A stretch of 63,803 bases of DNA, the filler included, from Octopus bimaculoides (lineage: Eukaryota), in NCBI RefSeq assembly GCF_001194135.2. It is 4 parts of 3 records of this genome, joined end to end, with 100 filler letters (N's around TTAATTAATTAA, not from the genome) between each part and the next. Parts side by side here need not be neighbours in the genome. Positions count along the whole stretch, not along the records: positions 1 to 16,540 come from NC_068993.1; positions 16,641 to 38,328 come from NC_068983.1; 2 more parts are not named here. One strand, written 5' to 3'. Shown here in pieces: positions 13,085 to 25,573 of this stretch. The translations under genes and the position numbers were made by a program. The notes below the pieces were generated by a model. That model was not told the origin of the DNA. It ran no database searches and was given only the letters and a program-made list of their open reading frames with translations. Numbering within the stretch: the stretch's first letter is position 1; every line of letters starts with the position of its first letter.

Positions 13085-13594
13085 ATAGTAGTAGTGGTGG
13101 TGGTGGTGATGCTGGTGGTGTTGGACTGTAGAATTTTGGTTTTGTTTTTCTTTTTTTTCTCTTTCTGCAGATGGTAGCAGTGATGCCAAAGGTGTCAGCA
13201 GTAATGGTGATGGCAAGAAATGGGTCAGGTTGCAGAGAATTTCAAAGTGTCAAATGTGCAATAAATCAGAAGTAGGCATCATACAAGAGTTCAGAGCAAA
13301 AGCACCATTTTCTCGTTGCCAATATCGGCACCTCTTTGATTGTTTCCTACATCTTACATTACAGGTTTCATCTCACATCAAATGGTCTTCTTCTTGTTGT
13401 TATTGAACTTCAGTCTCTTTCTCTGCTGAATTTTTTTTTTTTTTTTTCTAAATTTTTCTACCCATTTTTTTTTTTGTTACAAAACTTGTTGTTGTTGTTG
13501 TTCTTATTGTTGTTGATTTCATAGTCCTTTTTCTAGATTTATATCTTCTTTCTTCAACATTTAATTTTCTCATCATCATCATCATCATCATTAC

Positions 13595-13652
<58 letters not shown>

Positions 13653-13743
13653 GTGATTGTGTTTCACTGTACAGATTCTTTCCCCTATACTCTGTTCTCC
13701 GATTGCTTCACTTATTTTCTTACTTATTACTATTCTTCTTCTT

Positions 13744-13811
<68 letters not shown>

Positions 13812-13961
13812 CCTTATTATTATTAATCTTGCTTACTTCTTCTCCGTCACATTCTTGTATAAATGATGTTATTTCTGTTCATGTACCAACCTTCACAGGT
13901 CGTATTCAGATCATATTTCAACAAAGCCATCATGTACCACACTAATAATAATAATAATAAC

Positions 13962-14014
<53 letters not shown>

Positions 14015-14016
14015 TA

Positions 14017-14053
<37 letters not shown>

Positions 14054-14062
14054 GGATGATGA
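12260..14062. repeat. Cluster of compound trinucleotide microsatellites
   Basis: (CAT)n 12270-12380; (CAG)n(TAG)n 12575-12660; (TAG)n 12925-13100; (CAT)n(ATT)n 13570-13652; (CTT)n(ATT)n 13735-13822; (AAT)n(GAT)n 13943-14062. Confidence 0.95.
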
Positions 14063-14949
14063 TTTCATTTATTTGCCACAAGGGTGAAAGATGAAGGGGA
14101 CAGTACAAAGACAGACATAAAGCGATGGGGTTTACATATAGTGAAATGATTAAGAAAAAATAGAAAGAAAGTCTACAAGGTATAGACTGAAAAAGAAGGG
14201 ACATATGCATAGCATACAAAGGTTTAAAAAAAAAGGGGGCAGGAGGATGAGAGAGATATGGCCCTCCTGATACAGGAAGGTCACTAGGGATAATTGAGAG
14301 AGGGACAGAGAAGGACAGTGGGAGAGTGTGGGAGGGGAGAAGGAGAAACAGAGAGAAGGAGAGTGAGTGCAAGAAAGAGAATGAGAGAGTAAGTACATGA
14401 GAGAGATAGAGTGAATGTGGGAGTGAGGAGGAGACACACACAGAGAGAAAGAAAGAGAAGTTGAGAGAATGAGTGAAAGAGAGACAGACAGACAGAAAGA
14501 GAGAGAAAGACGAGAGAAAAAGTGAATAAGAGAGGAGGAGAGTGAGATAGAGTGAGTGAGGGAGATTGACACACCAAATGAAATCAAAATAAAGAAACCC
14601 AACCAATGAAATTAGTTAATTAAAGAAGTAATTAATTGATATAAGGAGATAATTAACAAGATTTAAAACATATTGTAATTAAAAGGATTTAAACCACTCA
14701 ACAAGATATGACATAATTTGAAATTAAAATTTATAATATTAGTTAATTGAAATTTATAATATAATATAGTTTATAACATTTAAAAGTTTTCACAAAAGTT
14801 GTAAATTTGAATTTAAATTTTTTGATTCAGATTTTAAAAGATGGATCAACAATTGTTGATTTTAGTTTGGCTTTGTATATATACAGATAATAGCTTAGTT
14901 TAAAGATGGAAGCATATTTTAGTTTAGAACAGCAATCAGTATATCTTAC

Positions 14950-15222
14950 TTAGCCCTGTCAGGCCTCAGCCGCTGCATCTAACTTTACCCTCCGCCCGGG
15001 CTCCTGAACAAAAATATAATTAGTTGAATATGCAGCTCAAGACTAATGATTGCAGGAAAATAAACGGTTGGAATCACAAAAAGCATTCAGGAGAATAACA
15101 AGCATACCTACCTTTCAGGCCTATCTCTCAACTCCTAATATTTGTTCATCTGAATCATTACTTTCCTCATCATTTTCACCAGTTTGAGTGTTCGGATCAC
15201 TCTCATGCTCTGTCATCAACAT
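14950..15222 (-). pseudogene. Decayed spliced acidic ORF fragment (two exon-like pieces around a 108-bp GT-AG intron)
   Basis: AAG|GTAGGT donor at 15112/15111, CTAAT branch point and TTTTTGTTCAG acceptor ending 15004, 54-bp exon 15003-14950 followed by GTAAG. Joined frame: TEHESDPNTQTGENDEESNDSDEQILGVER*A*KEPGRRVKLDAAAEA*QG*. Confidence 0.35.
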
Positions 15223-15224
15223 CA

Positions 15225-15560
15225 TCATCCTCATCATTTAACATCCACTTTCCATGCTAGCATGGGTTGGACGGTTTGACTGAAAACTGGTAAGCCACGA
15301 ACCTGCACCAGGTGTCAATCTGATCTGACATGGTTTCTACAGATGGATACCCTTCCCAATATCAACCACTCCAAGAGTGTAGTGAATGCTTTTTACGTGC
15401 CACCAGCATGAGTGCCTCTGACCTGACACCAGCATCAGCCACAACTACAATCTCACATGGCCTAACAGATCTTCTCAAGCATGGTATATCGCCAAAGGTC
15501 TTGTTCACCTGTCACTGCCTCCATGAGGCCCAATGCTCAAACAGTGCTTTTTACATTCCA
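15225..15560 (-). mobile_element. Retroposon with RTE-like 3' tail
   Basis: Minus strand ends CCAACCCATGCTAGCATGGAAAGTGGATGTTAAA followed by (TGA)n, a tandem-repeat tail of the RTE type; family recognised from memory only. Confidence 0.5.
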
Positions 15561-15729
15561 CCAGCACATAAAGTTAAAACTCCTCATCTGAAGAATAAAT
15601 ATCATCAATAATTTCCTCAAAATGTAAAGAGTCTTTTACCAGACTAAGTGCTGGATTCATCACATTTCTTTCATCAGAAAAAGAAAAAAACTGTTTTGTT
15701 TTCTTTTGATCAAAAACAAAAGTAAACAT

Positions 15730-15740
15730 CATGAGCATTG

Positions 15741-15778
<38 letters not shown>

Positions 15779-16055
15779 TTCATCATCATCATAATCATCA
15801 TCATCATCCATCATCAGCATCATCATTGTCATTGTCATTATTGTCATCATCATCATCATTATCCTCATTGTCATCACAGTCATAATCATCATTGTTGTTA
15901 TCATCATCATCATCATCAGCAGCAGCAGCAGCAATATCATCATCATCATCGTGAACATATCATCCTCATCACCATCATCATCACTGTCATGGTCATCATC
16001 ATTGCCGTTGTGATCATCATCAAGAGCATCAGCTTCAGCATGAACATCATCACCA

Positions 16056-16092
<37 letters not shown>

Positions 16093-16145
16093 TGTGTCAC
16101 CACCACCACCACCATCATCAGTAACATCACCATCACCATCACACT
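15730..16145. repeat. Long imperfect (CAT)n microsatellite with CAG/CAC variants
   Basis: Directly visible. Confidence 0.95.
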
Positions 16146-16372
16146 TATGAAGCGGCTGAGTGGACAGTTATTTTTATTTTCACACTTTAATAAATCAATT
16201 CTATTTGTTTAATGCTGATACAATGATGGCAATGGAAGATAACAAACAAAAGCAAGATGCAAAGTTACAAGTCGAAAAAAAACCAACAAAACATACCCAT
16301 GGTTAGCCATAAAAGATGAAACAGATAGAAATTTCAATACAACATACATATACAAACACACACATTTATACC

Positions 16373-16424
<52 letters not shown>

Positions 16425-17098
16425 AATATACATTTTATGTATTATATACTAATGTATTGTGTTGATGGAGTAAACCCCCTTGGTATATATGTATATACAT
16501 CTGCATATATATCTATATCTATATATATATATATATATATNNNNNNNNNNNNNNNNNNNNNNNNNNNNNNNNNNNNNNNNNNNNTTAATTAATTAANNNN
16601 NNNNNNNNNNNNNNNNNNNNNNNNNNNNNNNNNNNNNNNNATATATATATATATATATATGCATATACTCGTATATATACAGATATATATATATATTTAA
16701 ATATATATATATACAAATATATGTATATATATAAATACACACACGCATATAAGCACGCACACACGCACACACATATATATATATACATATATATGCAAGT
16801 ACGCACATATATATATATATGTATACACATATGTACGCGCGCGCGCAAACACGCTCATATAAGCATATATGAAATCTGAAGTGCAACACGCACATACGCA
16901 CACAACCGTTGAGAAAAGGAATCTGTAAGATGTAAAACACTATCCGATGAAGTGACATTGACGAGAATAAGAAAAATGTCAAGGTTATTATGGAAAGACA
17001 GTGCAACATCGATACTTACAGCGAAAGGCCCGTATATGTGTGGGAGTTCTCATGCGTGAATGTATGAGTGTGTAAATTTGTTTGCGTGTGTGTCCGTG

Positions 17099-17129
<31 letters not shown>

Positions 17130-17335
17130 TCGCGGGCGAAAGAAAGTACGCATGCACACACATACATGCAAACAACAGCACACATACACAAACACACACT
17201 CAAGCACACATACGCACATATGCACATATGCACATATACGTGTGTATACAACACACATATGCACATATGCACACATACGCACATATGCACAACACCCACC
17301 GACACACATATTCATATATGTGTGCTTATGTGTGC

Positions 17336-17375
<40 letters not shown>

Positions 17376-17554
17376 AGGTATATATAAACAGAGGACTTCT
17401 ATTGAATTAACTTGAATTATATTTGTCTATATTATATTTTTTAATTATATCAGTCAGTTTGTCAGTATACGTGTGTGTTTGCATGTATGTGTAAGTGTCT
17501 GCATCTTTTTGTGTGTATGTGTGGGGAGGGGCAGAAAAGTGGAGAGAGAGAGAA

Positions 17555-17638
<84 letters not shown>

Positions 17639-17754
17639 GCTGTTGAAATGGAAATGAAAAATGTGATAGGATGTCCAGTACATGCGCGCTGATCTTCGAC
17701 TGATATGAAGTAATAGACAATATATGCCTCAATAGTAAACAAGACCCAACGTGA

Positions 17755-18586
17755 TACGAAGAGCATTCCAAAGGGTTTAAGACTTTTGGGGAAGATTATT
17801 GTAATTTTAGTATATCATTATTATACATCTAATAAGGTGAACTGCCAACTTTTGTTATTCTAGATTGAAGGAGACTGTTGTAAAGGCACTTTGAAAACAC
17901 CCAATTAAACACTGTTTGTCACTGTTAACTAGTTTGCAGAATGCAAATGGGACGTGAAGCTGAATTGGAAGTTCGCTATGCAATAAAGTTTTACTTTAAA
18001 CTGGGCAGAAACCACTACAGAAACTTATGGTATACTCCAGACTACTTATAGATTAACTTGCATGGGCCGAGCATGTTTTTCGCTGGCTCAAGAGGCCAGG
18101 GCTAAGCAATTCCACCGGTAAGTCATGATGATTCCATTTTTCGACAGCAAGAGCTTCATCTATTCCAATGAGTTTTCTCTGGACAGACGGTCAACAAAGA
18201 CTACTTTGTAGATTTGAGAGAGTTTAGAAAGAAATATTATCGCAAAAGGTCAGAGCACCTGAACCATGACAATGCACCAGTCCACAACTCCACATTGGTA
18301 ACCAACTACTTGACAGATAAGGGGATCAAAACTGTCCCTCGCCTTTCCTACAGTCCAGACCTTGTTCGCTACGACTTTTGGCTGTTCTCCAAGCTGAAGA
18401 AGATGATGACGGTTGTGACAAGCGTCTTGAATACCTTCGCTTTGGAGGACTTCCATGGGGTCATAACGAAATGGCTGGAGCTCTACAAGTGTTTTGAAGT
18501 CAAAGCATCTTACTTTGAAGAAATTCAGAGTTTTGTGCTACTTTAAAATTAATCTGAAGTATTTAAAACGTCTGGAATGCACTGTA
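17755..18586 (+). mobile_element. Internally deleted, frameshifted mariner (DD34D) element
   Basis: N-terminal-like RYAIKFYFKLG near 17960-18000; catalytic motifs HDNAPVH and YSPDLVRYDFWLFSKLK at 18260-18400; degenerate inverted termini TACGAAGAGCATTCCAAAGGGTTTAAGACTT / AAGTATTTAAAACGTCTGGAATGCACTGTA with TA ends. Confidence 0.88.
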
Positions 18587-19561
18587 TCATGAGCTGAAAG
18601 ATTTGTTCTATTGAAGAGAAAGTTAGCATGACAAAAGTTTGGCAGCATAGAAGATAATGGAGCGAAGGAAGTTACGGTGCAACATATTGTGCAGAGTGGA
18701 GTCACCAAGTTTGCGATACAGTTTCCACCATCGGTATATCTAAAACAGTGAGATCTTGCGGGCACCATTATTCATAATCGATATTGAGGTTACTTTTCGT
18801 AGTAACATATTCTAGCTGCATGCAACTCATCCATTGTAGGATATTCTTGATGGCATAACCAAGCCTTGAACATCACTTCTAACACACAAAAGCAGCAATA
18901 TAACATCAATATGGAGGGAATCGACACCAATGTACACTGTAATTTTTCCACGAAGCAGGCAAGAAAGAGCAATGTATAATGGTAAACGAAGTAAAACTAA
19001 AACAACATTCCGATATCTGAATAGTGTTAATGGTTGGAAAGTGCAGATGAATTTGGAGAAGGTGCTCATGTTCCTAAGCCATATTGCAAAATTTATGCAA
19101 CATTGTAACTATACACACACACACACGCGCGCGCGCGCGCGCGCACATACACATACACGCATATACGCATGCATACATACATACATGCATGCATGCATGC
19201 ATACATACATACATACATACATACATACATACATACATGATGATTGCTGTATCCTTACGGATAATTGTTATCTCTCTGAGCTTCCTTGTTAATGGGATTT
19301 CTGACATTGCGTCTATGATTTCTCAGATGACTATTCTGTGCCACTGCAGATCTGCATGGTTTGAAGCGTAAGTGACAGGCTTAAGTTGTGACTTCCACTA
19401 CATTGATCGAATCACTCTGTGAGATATGATCCCTATTAACTACCATATGTCTTTCAGTGTATTATATATATATATATATATATGTATAATTTTTAATCGG
19501 ATCGGCAGAAGTTAAAATGTAAATGAAGGTTCAAAACTTCCGAGCATGGCACTTTCGTGTC

Positions 19562-19612
<51 letters not shown>

Positions 19613-19711
19613 CATGCATACATGCATACATGCATACAACAAACAAGCATACAAATATACATGCATACAAACATACACACACACACATACATACATACAT
19701 ACATACATACA

Positions 19712-20465
19712 TTGCGGGCACTTAAATATTTCCTCGACCTCCGACCCAACCCACAACCCGACACCTCCACACTCCTTCGTCTGGCCGAACTTGTCCTCTC
19801 TCTTAACTGCTTCTCGTTCGCGGGTAATTTCTACCAGCATTTCTCGGGAGTGGCCATGGGAACGAGAATGGGCCCCAACTATGCAAACCTGTTCATTGGC
19901 TATGTTGAGGCCCAAATATNNNNNNNNNNCGGGAGTGGCCATGGGAACGAGAATGGGCCCCAACTATGCAAACCTGTTCATTGGCTATGTTGAGGCCCAA
20001 ATATTCTCAAGTTTCACTGGTCCTACTCCCAAACTATACGGTCGTTATATTGACGACTGTATCGGTGCCACCTCACTCTCCCGCGAACATCTTGACTCGT
20101 TCTTCTCTTTTGTCCAATCCTTTCATCCTGCCCTCCACTTCTCCTGCACTATCTCTGACACCTCTGTCCCCTTTCTTGACATTTCGGTTAGCATTCATCA
20201 CTCCACTCTTAGCACCTCCATCCACTACAAACACACAGACACACACTCTTATCTTAACTTCTCCTTCTCCCACCCTTAACACACCAAGCTTTCCATCACC
20301 TATTCCCAATTCCCCCTTCTACGCAGGCTCTGTAGTGACAACCATGACTTTGAGACTCAGTCTCAACTCATGGCTCGCCATTTCATCCTGCGGGGATATC
20401 CCCTCACCACCATCCACACCGCCCTTGCCAGAGCACGTTCCGTGGACCATGCATCTGCTCTCTCC
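19712..20465 (+). mobile_element. Penelope-like element RT fragment
   Basis: LLRLAELVLSLNCFSF..GVAMGTRMGPNYANLFIGYVE..YGRYIDDCIG..VPFLDI..YKHTDTHSYL are PLE RT motifs including YIDD; stop at 20277-20279; runs into an N gap. Confidence 0.92.
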
Positions 20466-21859
20466 NNNNNNNNNNNNNNNNNNNNNNNNNNNNNNNNNNN
20501 NNNNNNNNNNNNNNNNNNNNNNNNNNNNNNNNNNNNNNNNNNNNNNNNNNNNNNNNNNNNNNNNNNNNNNNNNNNNNNNNNNNNNNNNNNNNNNNNNNNN
20601 NNNNNNNNNNNNNNNNNNNNNNNNNNNNNNNNNNNNNNNNNNNNNNNNNNNNNNNNNNNNNNNNNNNNNNNNNNNNNNNNNNNNNNNNNNNNNNNNNNNN
20701 NNNNNNNNNNNNNNNNNNNNNNNNNNNNNNNNNNNNNNNNNNNNNNNNNNNNNNNNNNNNNNNNNNNNNNNNNNNNNNNNNNNNNNNNNNNNNNNNNNNN
20801 NNNNNNNNNNNNNNNNNNNNNNNNNNNNNNNNNNNNNNNNNNNNNNNNNNNNNNNNNNNNNNNNNNNNNNNNNNNNNNNNNNNNNNNNNNNNNNNNNNNN
20901 NNNNNNNNNNNNNNNNNNNNNNNNNNNNNNNNNNNNNNNNNNNNNNNNNNNNNNNNNNNNNNNNNNNNNNNNNNNNNNNNNNNNNNNNNNNNNNNNNNNN
21001 NNNNNNNNNNNNNNNNNNNNNNNNNNNNNNNNNNNNNNNNNNNNTATATATATATATATATCCATCCATATCCGTGTAGTTAAAATGTGCGTTTCATGTG
21101 TTGTGTTCGTCTAAAATACTAAAATATTCATGCATGCTTACATAATGCTGTTGGGTGAAACGAAGAAATATGCTTTGGAGTATTTAGTTCCGCGTTAAAT
21201 CGCTATACGTCAGCATAGCCGTGGCCCAATGAACGAAACCGATGTAACAATAAGAAAGTTATATGTTTCTCTACACTAAGCATTTTTTTTTCTTTTTTAA
21301 TACCAACTCTGATATCTGAATAAAAGTGTCCTATCGATTTTATTATATACGCTCTTCCTCCACCTTTCTGAAATGTACTCGGTCAGATCAGCTTCAAAAG
21401 TCAGGTCATGTTTGCCTTTCTATTACGCTGAACCCTATCGTAGATATGACTATCTTCATTTTCGTTTTGTTTATATTTCTCTAGTGTATGCAATAATCCA
21501 TACTATCAGTCTACTTTCAACAATCTGTACAATCATAGAAGCTCTTAATTGTATCTCTATCTTCTGAACACTCTAATCTGAAATTCCTTGGGGTCAAAGT
21601 AAAGCTATTAGGATTAACCAAAGAATATTTATTGCAGGGTATGTAAACGTACTATTGCGTATAGTATTATATTGATTTCAAATATAAACCTACTCCAAAA
21701 CGTGGGTGTTCATTAAAAAAGTTCGCCTCGTAATACAGTGGTTTTATTGTACTGCGCAGAACCTTATCTGAATAGCTTCAATATTTTCAAATTGACCAAT
21801 ACTTTGTGAGTGAAATTTGATAAATCGTAACAGTGTGGAAGCTCATCGAGTGATGTGTA

Positions 21860-22135
21860 TGAGTGAGAGAGAGAGAGAGAGAGAAGAAGAGAGAGAGAAG
21901 AAGAGAGAGAGAGAGAAGAAGAGAGAGAGAAGAAGAGAGAGAGAAGAAGAGAGAGAAGAAGAAAGAGAAGCAGGGAGAGAGAAGAAGAGAGAGAGGGAGA
22001 GGGAGAGAGAGATAAATTGTGTGTGCATGTGTGTGTGTGTGTGTGCATGTGTGTGTGTGTGCATGTGTGTGTGTGTGCATGTGTGTGTGTGTGTGCATGT
22101 GTGTGTGTGCATGCTTGTATGTATGTATGTATGTA
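21860..22135. repeat. Higher-order microsatellite: (GAGAGAGAAGAA)n then (GTGTGTGTGCAT)n
   Basis: Directly visible repeat units. Confidence 0.9.
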
Positions 22136-22654
22136 TGTCATTATTCAGTTTTATTTCAAGATTTCTTGCCAATAGAGAAAGAGCCTATTTCTAACCTAGA
22201 TCTAAGGCTCCCTCATTGGAATTTCAACATCAACAGGGCATCAACAGGTTATTTTTGCATGTATGTGCGTATATGTGCAGATTTGTATGGTTTCTTTGCA
22301 TTCTCATGCATATAGTTGCATGTCTAATGTATGTATGTATGTATGTATGTATGCATGCATGCATGTATGTATGTATGTATGTATGTATGTATGTATGTAT
22401 GTATGTATAGATGGTCGAGGTGAAGTGTAGTGTGACCATCTAATAACGACTCCGTTCGGAAGGCTGGAATAATACATATGTGCGAGTTGGAAAGAGAGAC
22501 ACAACCGAATAGGTTAACAGAGAGAGAGAGAGAGGAAGATAGCGTAAATTTAATTTATTTACTTTTTCACGCATCTGTTTTTAGTGTGTGTTTTACTGAG
22601 AAAGAGAAAGAGAGAGGGGCGTTACGCTATCACACACACGCACACACACACACA

Positions 22655-22704
<50 letters not shown>

Positions 22705-22844
22705 CAATCACTCACTCAAAAAAGATGCGAGGAAAAATAAATTTTAAAATGTACACTGTCACTCTCTCTCTCTCCTCACACATACACACATCAACACACA
22801 CCTTCTCTCTCTCTCTCTCCTCACACATACACACATCAACACAC

Positions 22845-22908
<64 letters not shown>

Positions 22909-23052
22909 TCTCTCAAACACACACTTTCTATCTCGTATCCCACCATCAACATGAGAGCATACGTGTGTATGTGCATGGATGTATGCGTGTGCTACATATA
23001 AGAACAACAATGAGGAAGAAAGTGAAAGAGTCTATAATGAGAAGTTAGGCGA

Positions 23053-23740
23053 ATGTTCATAGACACAGGAATGAGAAATACCAGTTCGTAGTCAATTGTA
23101 CACCGTGACTGAAATACTGCATCAAGAAGTTGTGGCGATGATGCAGAGCCGGTGCGGTACGTATCGTACGAAGTTGTGGTTGTAATGCTGCTGCCTGGGT
23201 TACTTGTACAGGATTTCTCGCACGTTGTATTTGCTGTTAACCATGGTGAAGTAATTCACGGACAGTGCTATTTGGAACCTGTGCGAGTTGCTGGTTGAGC
23301 TATGTACATAAAGATGTTGTTGACGTCGTTAAAAAGAAGATGGTAGCGACGAAGAAAGAGATTGCCGTAATGCTGTTGGACGGTGTTGTCGTCTGGCTCG
23401 CAGGTTGTATCTCTACTGTTAAACCATGGTGAAGTAATTCACGAACAGTGCTGTGTTGAAACCTAGGCGTCTGGTGTTGTCGCTGGAACTGGCTGTATCT
23501 TGTGTGGTCAGTGGCTAGACCTTAGAAGGTCTGGAACCAAAGACTTCGAGACGAGAAGGTGAGTTTATATAATGAAGAGTAGGCTCAATCGGGATTGGGA
23601 ACAGATTGTCTCACGTGATCTTATTTAGGGGCTTCGATTGGTTATACGCTGCAGATTGGCGCGACAGAGTAAGAGACAAATTGCGCCAATACAAACCAAT
23701 CAGAGCAGTAGACACAATTGGATCCAAATAATAGCCAATG
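23053..23740 (-). promoter_or_regulatory. Pol II promoter-like or solo-LTR-like segment
   Basis: Seven CCAAT/ATTGG pentamers in 23594-23739, CACGTG at 23612, TATATAAA on the minus strand at 23564-23571, and an imperfect ~57-61 bp direct repeat at 23224-23280 and 23404-23464. No target-site duplication found. Confidence 0.4.
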
Positions 23741-24717
23741 GTTAGCTATTATCTGCTACGTTTGTATGTACGTATATATAATAACGGGGAGAGGAATTTC
23801 ACTCGAGTGTATGCTACAGGCGTATGTATGTATATGTGTACGTCTTTTGCCAATGTATATCGGCGAACGATGTAAACTAGCAAAAATCCAATGCTCTTCG
23901 AACGGGACCCATCAAGTTACAGATGTCCCCTTGTCACTCTCGCAGTCAGAAATATAGTGTCGGAAACCTGTAACCATAGTGGTGCTGTTCACAGACTGAG
24001 AAGTAGAATATAAAAGTAAATGAATGTAATAAAACCCAGAAATTTACTGGTAGTGACATAGTTGATTAAATTGACCCTGGTCCTTGACTAATAATATATA
24101 TTAACTTCTCACAATGATAAGAAACGGGAATTTAGTTCATAATTTTAAAAAGACGTGATTTAAATGCCGTCATGACACTTTCATATACTTGGGGGACTGA
24201 AGAAAATAAATTGTATTGGAAGTAATTACAGTTATTGCTTTTCGTTAAATACGTTGTCATAAAAAATCAACATTAAAGTTTTTTGTTTTTGTTTTTTGAT
24301 AGACATCGACTCTAAACAACTGAGAATTGAAGATAGTCTACGAGATTAAAAACAAGCATCCTTGAAACTGAACGTAAATATCTTACGAAATGCTATATTC
24401 ACAAGCGAAATTTAAAATCGATTTTAAAAACATCAAACGAATACATAAAGCGAATCCTTAGATATCATTATCTCAAGAATAAATTGTTTGACGAGCTAGC
24501 GATGAAGCCTCTATTACAGTGGCTCGACCTACAAGAAATTCTTACATAAATATTACCCAACCGTCTTTTTAAATGGTTAGAGGAAGAGAATAAGCTAATA
24601 CTGAATACAATATGCTAGAAAAGAAGACTGGGTAGTTGCGGCTAGGAGGCCAACCGAGTGATGTTCCTCAACACACCAATATTTCTGAACTTAGCGGTTC
24701 GGCAAAATATTCCGATA

Positions 24718-24840
24718 GAATGAGTACTAGGCTTACAAAGAATAAGTCCTGGGGTCGATTTCTTCGACTAAAAACCCGTTAAGGCGGAGTACAAGCATGG
24801 CCACAGTCAAATGATGAAACATGTAAAAAACATAAAAGAA
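24718..24840 (+). mobile_element. SINE family A, 3' half
   Basis: GAGTACTAGGCTTACAAAGAATAAGTCCTGGGGTCGATTTCTTCGACTAAA..GGCGG..AGCATGGCCACAGTCAAATGA. Confidence 0.8.
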
Positions 24841-25465
24841 TACGTGCCAAGGCTTTCATGAATCTGCACGAAGTGGTCTCTAAGACAACTATAAAGATAG
24901 GTGTCTTACAAAGCCAGCAAAATTCTTGCACCAACGCCACATATCAACAATATTTACAAATAATCCAGATAAAAAACACCACTTTATAACAAAAGAAAAC
25001 GAATAAAAGACAACAACGATAAAAGCAGAAGGTACTTTTGTTATCTCCCTTTTCAACGTCGCGGGCCAGCACACAATACTTTTAAAATGCTATACACAAA
25101 ATAAATAAATAAATAATGGTTGTAAATATGACAAAAATTATGCAGTACAACACTAATGGTATTAAACACCTTTATGGCAGTGAAAGTTTTTATCATAACT
25201 CACGATATTTGGGTAGAAATAATTCATAAAATATTCTTATGAGCAGATCACACAATATCCATCATTTCAAATAATACTCAAACTAGACTAGATAGATCCT
25301 TTCACAACGGGAGTGATCATATAATATACATAAAAACGTGCATTCAGTACATATATATAAATATAATGAATTACATTTGTAAACTAATAGAAAACGACAC
25401 CCACACAATAAATGTAAACTAATGTAAGCTTTCAAAATAAAAGCCAGCAACACGAAATACATTCG

Positions 25466-25573
<108 letters not shown>

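Noticed and set aside
12170-16150. Poly-Asn, poly-Asp, poly-Ser, poly-His/Gln and poly-Val ORFs
   Set aside because: Translations of trinucleotide microsatellites, open in several frames on both strands, with no domain context.
16541-16640. TTAATTAATTAA island inside N runs (also 38373-38384 and 56101-56112)
   Set aside because: Each is 44 N + 12 bp + 44 N = 100 bp, with stops in all six frames; an artificial scaffold spacer, not biology.
19845-20004. 75-bp direct repeat around 10 Ns in the Penelope RT
   Set aside because: An exact duplication flanking a 10-N gap is the signature of unmerged overlapping contig ends.
22770-23465. Short direct repeats that might suggest a CRISPR array (about 22770-22850 and 23224-23464)
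   Set aside because: Only two imperfect copies each, in eukaryotic context with no cas genes.
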